Shown: positions 1-13,480 of the stretch, piece after piece
Numbering within the stretch: the stretch's first letter is position 1
Layout: every line of letters starts with the position of its first letter
Origin: Eledone cirrhosa
Taxonomy: Eukaryota
Length of the DNA stretch: 64,000 bases
NCBI GenBank assembly: GCA_964016885.1
Contig: OZ024747.1
Coordinates: 78,492,001-78,556,000, forward strand
Reading direction: 5' to 3'
The notes under the pieces: generated by a model
Told to the model about the DNA's origin: nothing
The model's input: only the letters and a program-made list of their open reading frames with translations
Databases searched by the model: none
Program-made: the position numbers and the translations under genes

Positions 1-598
1 TCAGTGGGATTTGAACTCAAAGTGCAGTAAGCCAGACTAAATATCAAGACATTTTTAATCCGACTTCCCAACGATTCAGCCAATTCGTCGTCTTAAACCA
101 GAAGAGACTTGCAACTAAACAACAGCTAGAATAAACACTGTTCGCGTCTTTTTATCACACACCTCTTTTTCTATATTCCTAACCACACATACCTCCTTGA
201 TGCTGATTCTTACCACGCTTAATTCCCACCGAACTTTCTGCACCCAGCCTTCCTCCACACACAATCATGACACTTCCTAATAAGTATACATACATTTTAC
301 AATTGAGTTTTAACAATCTAGTTTTTAATTCAACAACACCAAGTCTAACAGTACAAGATATAATCAATAAAACATACTCCACCCTAACTACGCCTGAACA
401 ATACAGAAGTAAAACCGCAACACTCCTCGCAATCGCTAGAATTTGATTTGTTTAATGTGTACACAGATTTATGTGACTTAACATGTATTTGAGTATAATC
501 TTTTATGGTACCCTCACATTATAAAGGCTGGGTTTCCTTATTAAGGGCAAACAATCCTTCAGTTTTGATAGTCATAACCTTTCTACCTTAAAAAACGG

Positions 599-683
599 CT
601 TCTTCTTCTTCTTCTTCTTCTTCTTCTTCTTCTTCTTCTTCTTCTTCTTCTTCTTCTTCTTCTTCTTCTTCTTCTTCTTCTTC
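599..683. repeat. (TTC)n microsatellite
   Basis: Pure run. Confidence 0.95.
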
Positions 684-1631
684 AGAGAGAGCTGTGAGTC
701 AGAATCCTCGGAAAGAAATGATACGCCGGGATCTCCAAACGAGAACAACCGTGGTTAACGATTTTATTCAACCATCTCGCATGTGGTCTAATCTTTGGGT
801 CCCCTGCCGGTTGGTTTTGCCCGTAAAATCTATCCTGCGATTCTTTCCATTGACATTCTAACCACATGTCTGTAGTTCGAGAGCTGAGATCTATCCATGC
901 GGAGAAGTAGCAGCTTTACCTGGGCTATCTACACGAATGATTAAAACTAAATATATAAATAAACTTACTATTACTATCTCAATAATAGTCACATTTAAAA
1001 TAAATGTACATAGAAAAATTATACCGTAAAGCTTAGCAAAGGGTGATTCAACTGTCAAGTAAAAAAAAAAAAAAAAAAAAAAAAAGAAATTGCATTCGAC
1101 AGATACAAATACACTTCTAAAGGAGTGTTTGTTTCATCTTTGATAATCTACTTATAGTTCTCATAAATAACTACTTTTTTCGGTCAATATTCTGTGTACA
1201 AAATGTTTTTTTTATGCCTTTTAGATGGCATCACCATTCTTTTGTTTTGTCTAAGCCGTTCCTCTTTCAGAAGAAGGTGTAGTCTTTCACGTATAAGGTT
1301 TTCTAATCTGCGAAACGTCTCTTGGAGTGTGTCGATGTCCACTTGGAATCTCAACTGTCCGTTGTTAATCCTTGCTGTGTTTCATGTTTTACTGATCCCC
1401 CTAAAGTTATCTGATGTTTCTGCATCTTAGTTTCGATGCTGGCTTCTTCCTTTGTATTCTTGTTGTGCTCCGGGCAGAGTTTACCCTCTGCATTCCAGGC
1501 TACTTGTATTTCTAACCTCAACATAACCATGTGGAGTGAAAGGACTATGGCTGAACCGCACCTACATGGTTGCAACTGTTCAGTTTAAGGCTGGCGGTAG
1601 CTGTCCTGTGAGAAACAATGGCTTCTGTTAA

Positions 1632-1850
1632 CCCTTTAGCATTTACATTACTCTATATATACTATTATATTTTCGCAGTAAACACTTTATGTTACATAAT
1701 TATATCACATAATATTGAATCTATGAGATTTTGATGCTACTTATTTTGAGAACAATATCTTACTTGTATAATAATTGTTTCAGTATGAGTGGCCAGTTAC
1801 GGCTGGTTACAACAGAAAGAGGTGAGAGACTCCTGGTCGGATATGTCGTC
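1632..1850. mobile_element. Second copy of the piggyBac-like MITE; right end replaced by satellite
   Basis: Starts ttaa|ccctttagcatt and is colinear with 39228-39790 up to ggatatg. Confidence 0.75.
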
Positions 1851-4187
1851 TGTCATATCAGTACGTTAGTGTCGTCTGCCATATCAGTACGTTAGTGTCG
1901 TCTGTCATATCAGTACGTTAGTGTCGTCTGCCATATCAGTACGTTAGTGTCGTCTGCCATATCAATACGTTAGTGTCGTCTGTCATATCAGTACGTTAGT
2001 GTCGTCTGCCATATCAGTACGTTAGTGTCGTCTGCCATATCAGTACGTTAGTGTCGTCTGTCATATCAGTACGTTAGTGTCGTCTGCCATATCAGTACGT
2101 TAGTGTCGTCTGCCATATCAGTACGTTAGTGTCGTCTGCCATATCAGTACGTTAGTGTCGTCTGCCATATCAGAACGTTAGTGTCGTCTGCCATATCAGT
2201 ACGTTAGTGTCGTCTGTCATATCAGTACGTTAGTGTCGTCTGCCATATCAGTACGTTAGTGTCGTCTGCCATATCAGTACGTTAGTGTCGTCTGTCATAT
2301 CAGAACGTTAGTGTCGTCTGCCATATCAGTACGTTAGTGTCGTCTGTCATATCAGTACGTTAGTGTCGTCTGCCATATCAGAACGTTAGTGTCGTCTGTC
2401 ATATCAGAACGTTAGTGTCGTCTGCCATATCAGTACGTTAGTGTCGTCTGCCATATCAGTACGTTAGTGTCGTCTGCCATATCAGTACGTTAGTGTCTTC
2501 TGCCATATCAGTACGTTAGTGTCGTCTGCCATATCAGAACGTTAGTGTCGTCTGCCATATCAGTACGTTAGTGTCGTCTGTCATATCAATACGTTAGTGT
2601 CGTCTGTCATATCAGTACGTTAGTGTCGTCTGCCATATCAGTACGTTAGTGTCGTCTGCCATATCAGTACGTTAGTGTCGTCTGTCATATCAGTACGTTA
2701 GTGTCGTCTGTCATATCAGTACGTTAGTGTCGTCTGCCATATCAGTACGTTAGTGTCGTCTGTCATATCAGTACGTTAGTGTCGTCTGCCATATCAGTAC
2801 GTTAGTGTCGTCTGCCATATCAGTACGTTAGTGTCGTCTGTCATATCAGTACGTTAGTGTCGTCTGCCATATCAGAACGTTAGTGTCGTCTGTCATATCA
2901 GTACGTTAGTGTCGTCTGCCATATCAGAACGTTAGTGTCGTCTGCCATATCAGAACGTTAGTGTCGTCTGTCATATCAGAACGTTAGTGTCGTCTGCCAT
3001 ATCAGTACGTTAGTGTCGTCTGCCATATCAGTACGTTAGTGTCGTCTGTCATATCAGTACGTTAGTGTCGTCTGCCATATCAGTACGTTAGTGTCGTCTG
3101 TCATATCAGAACGTTAGTGTCGTCTGCCATATCAGTACGTTAGTGTCGTCTGTCATATCAGTACGTTAGTGTCGTCTGCCATATCAGTACGTTAGTGTCG
3201 TCTGCCATATCAGTACGTTAGTGTCGTCTGTCATATCAGTACGTTAGTGTCGTCTGCCATATCAGTACGTTAGTGTCGTCTGTCATATCAGTACGTTAGT
3301 GTCGTCTGCCATATCAGTACGTTAGTGTCGTCTGTCATATCAGAACGTTAGTGTCGTCTGTCATATCAGTACGTTAGTGTCGTCTGCCATATCAGTACGT
3401 TAGTGTCGTCTGCCATATCAGTACGTTAGTGTCGTCTGCCATATCAGTACGTTAGTGTCGTCTGCCATATCAGTACGTTAGTGTCGTCTGTCATATCAGT
3501 ACGTTAGTGTCGTCTGCCATATCAGTACGTTAGTGTCGTCTGTCATATCAGAACGTTAGTGTCGTCTGCCATATCAGTACGTTAGTGTCGTCTGTCATAT
3601 CAGTACGTTAGTGTCGTCTGCCATATCAGTACGTTAGTGTCGTCTGCCATATCAGTACGTTAGTGTCGTCTGTCATATCAGTACGTTAGTGTCGTCTGCC
3701 ATATCAGTACGTTAGTGTCGTCTGTCATATCAGTACGTTAGTGTCGTCTGCCATATCAGTACGTTAGTGTCGTCTGTCATATCAGAACGTTAGTGTCGTC
3801 TGCCATATCAGTACGTTAGTGTCGTCTGTCATATCAGTACGTTAGTGTCGTCTGCCATATCAGTACGTTAGTGTCGTCTGCCATATCAGTACGTTAGTGT
3901 CGTCTGCCATATCAGTACGTTAGTGTCGTCTGTCATATCAGTACGTTAGTGTCGTCTGCCATATCAGTACGTTAGTGTCGTCTGTCATATCAGAACGTTA
4001 GTGTCGTCTGCCATATCAGTACGTTAGTGTCGTCTGCCATATCAGAACGTTAGTGTCGTCTGTCATATCAGTACGTTAGTGTCGTCTGCCATATCAGTAC
4101 GTTAGTGTCGTCTGCCATATCAGTACGTTAGTGTCGTCTGCCATATCAGTACGTTAGTGTCGTCTGCCATATCAGAACGTTAGTGTG
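1845..4187. repeat. 26-bp minisatellite, about 90 copies (gtcgtctgYcatatcagWacgttagt)
   Basis: Period 26 read directly, with two common variant sites. Confidence 0.97.
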
Positions 4188-4220
4188 TCAGTCATTCAGT
4201 ATTTAATAGAAGGAAAGAGA

Positions 4221-4402
4221 GATTGGCAGTATCGGTAGAGGATCGGATGCCATGCTTTCCAGCATAGTTACGTCCCTTTATGATCTGAGTTCAAATCTCG
4301 CCGAGCTTGACTTTGCCTTTCATCCTTACGGAGTCGATAAAATAAAGTACCAGTAATGCACTGGGTAATTGCTGGCCTTGTGCCAAAAGTAGAAACAATT
4401 AT
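4221..4402 (+). mobile_element. tRNA-derived SINE family E (Meta/MESC-like central domain)
   Basis: A-box tggcagtatcgg, B-box gagttcaaatc, core gcctttcatccttacggggtcgataaaataaagtaccag. Confidence 0.85.
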
Positions 4403-4431
4403 TAATTTCACACGCACTCGCACAAATACAG

Positions 4432-4532
<101 letters not shown>

Positions 4533-4535
4533 TAT

Positions 4536-4617
<82 letters not shown>

Positions 4618-4771
4618 CATATACATACATATATATATATACACATACATACATACATATATATATATATATACACATACATATATATATATATACATAC
4701 ATACATATATATATATACATACATACATATATATATACATATACATACACACGTATATATATATATATATA

Positions 4772-5203
4772 ACGGCGATGAATTAGTTTTGCGAGGTTTT
4801 TGATATGAAATCGTGTGTCGAAACAAATATTGTTATACTTGGGGATGGTCATATTTGTGTAATATTGCCAGAATTAATAACAGAACACACTCACTGTTTG
4901 GTTGGTTTTCGCTTCTGTGTCTTTTATATCGGTTAATTTAATTTATTCTGTCCTCAATGTTACCATTGACTGACCAACGGTCAAACATACAGATACAATA
5001 TAGACACAAACACATATATATAGTCTAACAAAGTTCTTTCGTTGCACATCTGCAACATCGTCAGTGGTGCTATTATGTTTCCTCCCGTTGTATTGTATGC
5101 TTACGCCATCTTTATTTAGTCTGTTTATTTATTTATTTATTTTTTCATGCGCAGAGAAGACAAAAAAAAACAATAAAAACAAATAAATAAATAAACAGAC
5201 TAA
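4772..5203 (-). mobile_element. Family C pLTR-like element with hammerhead and 5' inverted repeat (5116-5203); partial copies at 11197-11350, 18625-18770, 33901-33947 and 47627-47698
   Basis: Shared blocks atattgttatactttggga and gccagaa.taataacagaacacactcactgtttgg. TA tail. Confidence 0.7.
5027..5068 (-). ncRNA. Type I hammerhead ribozyme, stem I partly decayed
   Basis: Minus strand reads acca CUGACGA u guugca gaug ugcaac GAAA gaac UU uguu, with a 6-bp stem II. Confidence 0.6.
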
Positions 5204-5340
5204 TCTCTGATTCCTGATGATTTCAAATGAATGAAACAGTTCTAGTCCTGTAGAATCTCATCTATATTAAAACTGTTATACTCTGCTATGTATTGAGTAC
5301 CTTACTTACTGTGATTACCTCCGATTCAACCCGGAATAAC

Positions 5341-5341
<1 letters not shown>
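5204..5341 (+). mobile_element. Family G pLTR fragment (hammerhead + 3' tail into (TA)n); rearranged copies at 31695-31818 and 32192-32315
   Basis: Shared gaaacagttctagtcctgtagaa and ttatactctgct.tgtattga.taccttacttactgtg. Confidence 0.75.
5209..5257 (+). ncRNA. Type I hammerhead ribozyme, predicted cleavage after 5252 (GUA)
   Basis: gauuc CUGAUGA u uuca aa ugaa u GAAA cag uucuaguc cug UA gaauc. All three stems form. Confidence 0.8.
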
Positions 5342-5402
<61 letters not shown>

Positions 5403-5449
5403 CAATATATATATATATATTTATAGATAGATAGATAAATATACACGGG

Positions 5450-7097
5450 TGTGTATAGAAGATTATATTAATAAAAGGAATTCCAACTTTGTCTGATCTA
5501 CTCGTTTTATTTACAATCCTTTAAATTTTATAATGGTATTATAATGAAATAGTATGATAGAATATTAAATGTTAAGTGTTAATTGAACAAGTACTTTCAT
5601 GCTTTCTCAATCTTCAGATTCATAATGTGTGGTGACAGTCAAGTTTGCAATTTTTAACTGTAATGAGATGGGTAAATTTTGTACCTTATATACAGTGAAA
5701 AGTGGCTCCAGAATGCTAAATCTTGCAAACTGTATTTCGACCAATCGGTGTGTAGTTTCACTGAATTACTAAAGCTGATTGGTTTAGGCGACCACTAATT
5801 GATCCTATCCAAAGCATCAATTGTTTTGCTATTTTTAGAAATGATGAAAATAGCATTTTCTAGTAATCATCACTATCAACATCACTTTTTTTATTATTAT
5901 TATTGTTGTTGTTGTTGTTAGTGGTCGTAGTCGACATGGTCGTAGTCATAGTCATAGTAGGAGTAATTTCCCATTATTATTGTTCATTTGGCTTGGGTTT
6001 GAATTTATCAATAACATTCTTTTCTTTGATTTTTCTCTTGATTTCACTTGGGCTGTGTAATTTGTAGAATGGGAATATTATAAATATTCCCTGACCACCT
6101 GTTGCTAGATGGTTACTTAGGGGTATCTAGCGGACGTTTTGGTCTCTGATTTGCTGTCGGTGTACCCGTGCACGTTCCGATAGTGCATTTTGACCGACAT
6201 ATAGTTCTTCACAATTCGGGCATTTAATGCAGTAAATTAGATTTCTGCTTTTGCAGTTCATATTTGCATTTGGGAATATTTTTCCAGTTTTTGTTTTCAT
6301 ATATTGACCGGCGTGTATGGATTGACATGTGCCGCATCGACTATCATTGCATTTAGATACAATGAATGATTGGTCTTTGTTGTTAAGATCAAACTTTGCT
6401 TTTGTTAGTAATTGCTTCAAATTTTTCGGCTGTCTTTTACTAAGAATCAAAGATCAATCTGTGATTAAGCCTTTTAATTCATTATTTTGAGCAATGATCG
6501 GTAGGTTTGCTTTGGTAGTGTTGAAGATATTCTGGTGACATGGGTTGTGTGTCATTATAAATGGTATGACCAGTTCTTGGTTTCTTCTTCCTTGGGTTGT
6601 CCTAAGTTGTTGTATAGGTATTTTTATAGCCCGCTGTATGCCATTTTCTATAAGTAGAGATGGGTATTTTTTGTTTGAGCAAAAATTCTCTTAGTTCTGT
6701 TAGGCGTTTGTACCTGGTATTCGTATCTTCTACAATGGTACAAATTCTTCTGGCTAGGCAGTATGGGATGTTGCGTTTTGTATGAGGTGGATGGCACGAC
6801 TTAAAATTCAGATATTGATGGGTGTCTGTGTGTTTATAATATATATCCGTGGTAATGGTGGTGTCGTTTTTGATTATCATTATATCTAGGAATGGTAATT
6901 TGGTCCTACTCATCTCTTTTGTGAATTGGAGAGATGGGTGTAGGTTATTCAGGAGGATATTGAACTCATCCAGAGTATCTAGAGATTCTGTCCAGATGAT
7001 GAAACAGTCGTCAAGGTATCTCTTCCAAGATTTTTCAATGTACTTTCTAAAGTCAGTACTATATTTTCCTCTATTTCTTGGTAGAGTTGTTGTTCTA
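5450..7097 (-). mobile_element. Penelope-like element PLE1 (Neptune-type), 5'-truncated and frameshifted
   Basis: RT motifs WKRYLDDCFIIW, LPFLDI and DIYYKHTDTHQYLNFKSCHP. Cys linker CNDSRCGTC. GIY-YIG NLIYCIKCPNCEELYVGQ. Hammerhead in the 3' pLTR. TA runs at both ends. Confidence 0.92.
5584..5622 (-). ncRNA. Minimal type I hammerhead in PLE1 pLTR
   Basis: ugaau CUGAAGA uugagaaagcau GAAA guac UU guuca. Stem III region is palindromic (AAGUACUU) and stem I is 5 bp. Confidence 0.75.
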
Positions 7098-7106
7098 TAT
7101 ATATAT

Positions 7107-7517
7107 GGTGGCTGCCAACTCGTTTTCGAGCACGGCCACTACTTTATATCCATCTAGGAGAACCTCTACCGATGCGCTGAACGAGTGTGACTTTTTAGTC
7201 CAGCCAGCGACTTGAAAACTCTGGTACAAACACTACACTTGTGACAATTATTGACACATAGTGCTGGGCCCATGGTACCATGTGATGACAAGTGCAGAGA
7301 GATCTCCAGATATAAAGCAATGCCTGTGTCGTGAAGCTTTTATAGGGAGAAAAGGCACTGCACAAAGCCAGTCCCACTCTCTTAACCAAGATGATATTTA
7401 CCAAAAAGAAGAACAAGTCAACATCATTGGATACCATCAGGGTTGTAGGTGTTATATTAGAGTTTTCCTTCTCCTAGAATTCTGCCTTGACAAAGGCTAA
7501 GGGGTCATCTCTCCCGG
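7107..7517 (-). mobile_element. Family A, about 410-bp non-coding dispersed repeat
   Basis: High identity to the copies at 12935-13087, 13104-13480 and 42999-43400. Sharp common end (cagccacc) adjoins a TA/TATG microsatellite. Strand is inferred. Confidence 0.85.
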
Positions 7518-7591
7518 TGATTTTGGATGGCCATTGACTCTTAAGAGCTCCTTTGCCCTTTGACAGGTTTTGTTTTTAGTCCTGCAGGATG

Positions 7592-7631
<40 letters not shown>

Positions 7632-7647
7632 CATACATATATATGTG

Positions 7648-7736
<89 letters not shown>

Positions 7737-7956
7737 CATACATATACACAAAAACTTAATGTTCTTTACCCAACCGACACTATTAATACAATTTTACAAA
7801 CCTACCTACCTTCCCACTCACATACTAAACAAAAAGAAATCCAGTTGTCAATTTAAACCTGCAGTTCATTCATGTCGTGAGTCATTAAGAAACACTCATA
7901 CAAGTGTGCATTCATATATAATATATTTATATGGACACACACACACACACCCACGC

Positions 7957-8027
<71 letters not shown>

Positions 8028-8056
8028 GTTATGTAATAAACAACATAAGATAATTA

Positions 8057-8116
8057 TTTCGTTTACCAGTTGTTTCTTGAAAGCAACAAAAATTGCTTTC
8101 ATTCATCAGAATGAAA
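8057..8116 (-). ncRNA. Type I hammerhead ribozyme in a short pLTR fragment
   Basis: uuucauu CUGAUGA a ugaaagcaa uuuuug uugcuuuca a GAAA caacug GUA aacgaaa. Stem II is 9 bp and stem I pairs 6 of 7. Confidence 0.75.
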
Positions 8117-8118
8117 AA

Positions 8119-8191
8119 ATCCTGGTGTCTTTATTGACAGTGGATTTGAAAAACCTTTTTTCAAATCCACTGTCAATAAAGACACCAGGAT
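8119..8191. repeat. Perfect hairpin with about 35-bp arms, 5' of the 8057-8116 hammerhead
   Basis: atcctggtgtctttattgacagtggatttgaaaaa followed by its reverse complement. Confidence 0.9.
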
Positions 8192-8195
8192 ATTT

Positions 8196-8262
<67 letters not shown>

Positions 8263-8649
8263 TGCACACATATACATATATACATGTATGTATGTATGTA
8301 TGTATGTATGTATGTATGTATGTATGTATGTATATATGTTGTATGTATGAAAACATTTTTGTAAATAAACATTGACGCGTCAGAAAAGTAGGCCAGCAGC
8401 CGCTGTAGACAAAATCTGTACCTCAACCGGAATTTGAGAGGTAGAGAGCTCGATTCTCTGTAGCGGCAGCTGGCAACTTATTCCGTATATATATTAAATA
8501 TGAGAATTTTTCTAAAGTTGTTTTCACAGCTATTCTCCTGAATTCGAGAATTTCTTCACTTCTGAAAAAAAAAACTATTTATATGTTTATATATATATAT
8601 AACCACATACACACACACACATATATATGTATGTATACACCCCCCCCCC

Positions 8650-8683
<34 letters not shown>

Positions 8684-9208
8684 GCCAGTTAAAATATAAG
8701 GTATTCCATCATAATATAAAATGGAGAATCTTAGGTTGGTCCTAACCATACATCATTGGAACAAAGACATGCTCCGTTTACCCTAGTGAAAAATTCAAGA
8801 TTTAAAGGGCTTGAAATCATTGAAAAAATACATAAATTCTAAGAATGAGGTGTTTAATGGCTGGTTACATCTGAAAACACACTTGTGTTATTTATAGAAG
8901 ACCCACAGGTATATCTGTTCCAACACATTACCCCTCTTTTCTGCATGGCACTCAAGTCACATTTTGCAAATCACACACCACACTATCAACAGAACAAACA
9001 CACAGACACAGAAACACATCAAACGTCACAAACATCCATATTATTATAAAATAAAGTACCAGTAATACACTGGGATAATTGCTGCCCTTGTGCCAAAAGT
9101 AGAAACAATTATTATACAAGTGTCATCACCCTTAGTAAATGGAAAAAAACCATTTTTTCCACGCGGGAAAATTACATCTTTATGCTATTATTATCACATA
9201 TGTAAAAG

Positions 9209-9400
9209 CGGTGGATTGGCAGTATCGGTAGAGGGTCGGACGCCATGCTTTGGTGCATAGAGTTACGGTCCTTTCCATTCTGAGTTCAAATCCCGCTGAG
9301 GTTAACTTTGCCTTTCATCCTTACGGGGTCGATAAAATAAAGTACCAGTAATATACTGGGAAATTGCTGGCCTTGTGCCAAAAGTAGAAAAAAATTATTA
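9209..9400 (+). mobile_element. SINE family E; a 3' fragment also lies at 9047-9112
   Basis: Same boxes and core as 4221-4402. Confidence 0.85.
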
Positions 9401-10129
9401 TCACATGTATTATTACTACAGCATCAGCATGGCGAGTTTATGAGTATTCTGTATAGAGCTATTCATATGAAATCGGTAGAACGTCGGACATAATATTTTG
9501 TGGCGAATAGCTACAATTATTTAAGCGTTCATTTATCGTATGTTTAGCTAGATAATATATCAGGTTTATTTATAGTCGATTTCTTGTAGGTTTATAACGA
9601 TAAAATTACCCTAATTATCTCATGATCTCTCAAACAGTAGCTTCGTTATTGTGAGTATTTCACACACGCACATACAAACACTACCCCCACGCACATATAT
9701 ATATTACATCCTCCACGATACTTCTTCCGTAACACCAGAGGTTCACAACCACACCAACAACCCATTCAATGACATTGACATTACGTCATTTGACCCACAC
9801 CTCCGGATCCACATTTTAGTGCTTTACAAAAGAATGTCGATATGTATATATGGGTATGTGTGCCCCACCCCCTTCTCTGATTGGCTGACTGGCTGGTCAC
9901 ATGATCCAGTTGTTACCATTCACATTTTTGTGTTGCTATATTTTTCTGACCTCGTTCTACTACGATTAACGTATTAATACAGACTTCAGGAATACTTTCG
10001 CTATTCGGACATTTCTTTCATTCTGATGATAACGTAAGTAAAAAACTAACAAAACATACTTGTCATCTTCCCTTCTTGTGGACACACACAGTCTCCCCCT
10101 CTCTCTCTCTCTCTATATATATATATATG

Positions 10130-10186
<57 letters not shown>

Positions 10187-10240
10187 TATATATATATATA
10201 TATATATATATACAGTATATACAGTAGATATATATATACA

Positions 10241-10288
<48 letters not shown>

Positions 10289-10295
<7 letters not shown>

Positions 10296-10437
10296 GAGTC
10301 AGGACCCCGACGGCTGTCGAAACGGCCGGAGCTCAGCCGTCGGGGTCCTGACTCTTTTCCTATTACCCACTCTACTACCCAGTATCGAGTACTTTGGTGC
10401 GTTATGGTCCACGTAGTTCCTTACCACACTTCCTTCG

Positions 10438-10440
<3 letters not shown>
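10289..10440 (+). mobile_element. Family B short pLTR-like fold-back element in (TA)n
   Basis: Shares sequence with the copies at 14646, 17318, 17566 and 27291. Has 25-bp inverted arms. Confidence 0.8.
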
Positions 10441-10516
<76 letters not shown>

Positions 10517-10888
10517 TGTGTGTGTGCGTGTGTGTGCGTGAGTGTATGTATGTATGTATACAATCCGGGCGTGAAATGTTCTCAGCTAACAATAACATTC
10601 TAACTATTCTAAGCATTGAGTTTTTTTTTTTTTTTCAAACTCAATTTTGTATATAAGGTTATTTTGTTAATAGAAATGTTTACAAATACAATCTTACGAC
10701 CTATGAATGTATATATGTATATATAAATATATACTATAGAGTAAAGCATGTCCAGAGAATTATTTGATAATATATATACATCATCTCTACTCCCAATCAG
10801 CATAATTAACCACACAAAAAATCAATTAGACCAGCTATAAGAATAAAAGGCATCTATGAAGAAACAGTAAATAAATACGCTATTGTGA

Positions 10889-10975
<87 letters not shown>

Positions 10976-11020
10976 GCATATATACACACACACACACACA
11001 CATATATATATATTGTGGTA

Positions 11021-11193
11021 ATAATTGTTTCTACTTTAGGCACAAGGCCAGCAATTACCCAGTGCATTACTGGTACTTTATTTTATCGACCCCGTAAGGA
11101 TGAAAGGCAAAGTCAACCTCGGCGGGATTTGAACTCAGATCGTAAAGGGACGTAACTATGCTGGAAAGCATGGCGTCCGACCCTCTACCGATA
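11021..11193 (-). mobile_element. SINE family E
   Basis: Reverse complement of the family consensus. Confidence 0.85.
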
Positions 11194-11313
11194 CTGTGCC
11201 AGAAATAATAACAGAACACACTCACTGTTTGGTTGGTTTTCGCTTCTGTATCTTTCATATCTCCATAGTTAATTTATTTGGCAATCAACGTGTATCATTG
11301 ATTAAAAATACAG

Positions 11314-11344
<31 letters not shown>

Positions 11345-11375
11345 GTCTATCAAATAAATATATATAGTCTACCAA

Positions 11376-11437
<62 letters not shown>

Positions 11438-11631
11438 GTCTATCAAATAAATATATATAGTCTACCAAAACAAATATATATATATATTATATATATAAGT
11501 AGTTCCACAACAGTTAGTTTACTATGTTGAACTAACTTGTGGTGAACTAACTGTAGTGGAACTATTTCTACCAAACTCGTCCCATGGATTGAGTGCTCTA
11601 CTACTACGGATGTAACCCACCAGTGTTCTAC

Positions 11632-11714
<83 letters not shown>

Positions 11715-12147
11715 TGTGTGTGTGTGTGTGTGTGTGTAGGTATCAGAGGTGCAAATGAATTGTGTCCGTAGGCGGTATGCTGAGATGAACACTCGATGCT
11801 CATGGGGAGCAGAGTATCAATAATAACATTAAAAGAGGACAAAGAATCAGTGTTGTATCATTTACATATTTAATCACATATTACATATGTTTCACTGTCG
11901 ATCAGCTCAAGGAACGATTGATTAATGTTCGATTTTGACTCTGGAATGTAGACGCATATGCAGCTGGCGCATTTTCTATTGGTGGTGGCCAACGAAGTGT
12001 TTATATATATAAATATTTGCTCTACGGTTCTTTATATTTGATATATATTTATCCTTATCGAGCCCTCTTTGGATTTTAGTCTTCAAATTTTTATTATTAC
12101 TATATATATATATATATATATTGCTAGGCCATTGTTATTATTGATAT

Positions 12148-12295
12148 TTGAGTTCAAATCCCGCCGAGGTTAACTTTGCCTTTCATCCTAACAGGGGTCG
12201 ATAAAATAAAGTACCAGTCACGCACTGGGGTCGATTTAATCGACTTTCCCCTCCCCCAAAATTGCTAGCATTGTGTCTATATAAGAAACCATTAC
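12148..12295 (+). mobile_element. SINE family E, longer 3' variant
   Basis: B-box and core present. Confidence 0.8.
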
Positions 12296-12434
12296 TGATA
12301 TTTGTCATTAATTTATCATTAATTTATAGTAACATCCTCATCTCCCCATCTTAAACAATACAACAATTAACAATAACAACGTATAGTAACATCCTCATCT
12401 CCCCATCTTAAACAATACAACAATTAACAATAAC

Positions 12435-12565
12435 TGTTTCTACTTTTGGCACAAGGCCATCAATTACCCAGTGCATTACTGGTACTTTATTTTATCGACC
12501 CCGTAAGGATGAAAGGCAAAGTTAACCTCGATGGGATTCGAACTCAGACCGCAAAGGGACGTAAC
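12435..12565 (-). mobile_element. 5'-truncated SINE family E with 11-bp TSD
   Basis: ttaacaataac at 12424-12434 and 12566-12576. Inserted in a 57-bp tandem repeat (12327-12637). Confidence 0.85.
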
Positions 12566-12859
12566 TTAACAATAACAACGTATAGTAACATCCTCATCTC
12601 CCCATCTTAAACAATACAACAATTAACAATAACAACGAATCACGGAATGAGAAAAACACATTCAATGATTTAAACAACAATTTTACAAGAAAGAAAGGTA
12701 TTTTCGTTCATCGCTGAAACGAAACAGGATTCACTGTAGTTGAAGATATGAAAGTGGTGTGTTAAACTGAAGGTTCGACATGTATATAACGCACGCACAC
12801 ACACATATATATATATACATACATACATAAAAAAAAAAAAAGATATGTATATACATATC

Positions 12860-12895
<36 letters not shown>

Positions 12896-12934
12896 TGTAT
12901 GTATGCATGTATGTATGTATATATGTATGTATAT

Positions 12935-13480
12935 ATGTGTCAATAATTGTCACAAGTGTAGTGTTTGTACCAGAGTTTTCAAGTTGCTGGCTGGACTAAA
13001 ACGTCACACTCGTTCAGCATATCGGTAGGGGTTCTCTTACATGGATATAAAGTAGTGGCCGTACTCGAAAACGAGTTGGCAGCCACCATGTATGTATGTA
13101 TCTCCGGGAGAGATGACCCCTTAGCCTTTGTCAAGGCAGAATTCTAGGAGAAGGAAAACTCTGATATAACACCTGCAACCCTGATGGTATCCAATGATGT
13201 TGACTTGTTCTTCTTTTTGGTAAATATCATCTTGGTTAAGAGAGTGGGACTGGCTTTGTGCAGTGCCTTTGCTCACTATAAAAGCTTCACGGCACAGGCA
13301 TTGCTTTATATGTGGAGATCTCTCTGCACTTGTCGTCACATGGTGCCATGGGCCCAGCACTACCAGAGTTTTCAAGTCGCTGGCTGGACTAGAAAGTCAC
13401 ACTCATTCAGCGCATCAGTAGGGGTTCTCCTACATGGATATAAAGTAGTGGCCGTACTCGAAAACGAGTTGGCCGCCACC
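12935..13480 (+). mobile_element. Family A head-to-tail pair: partial copy plus near-full copy with an internal deletion of about 37 bp
   Basis: Reverse complement of 7107-7517. The copies are separated by (ATGT)3. Confidence 0.85.

Noticed and set aside
1845-4187. CRISPR array
   Set aside because: The units are contiguous with no unique spacers, there are no cas genes, and the context is eukaryotic. The same applies to the 52-bp array.
7107-7180. HDV-like ribozyme at the family A end (GGUGGCU/GGCCACU helix)
   Set aside because: P1.1, P2 and J4/2 could not be built. A simple hairpin explains the pairing.
10020-10050. Hammerheads at the CTGATGA sites near 10023, 23361, 35924 and 40850
   Set aside because: GAAA is missing or the stems are unconvincing.
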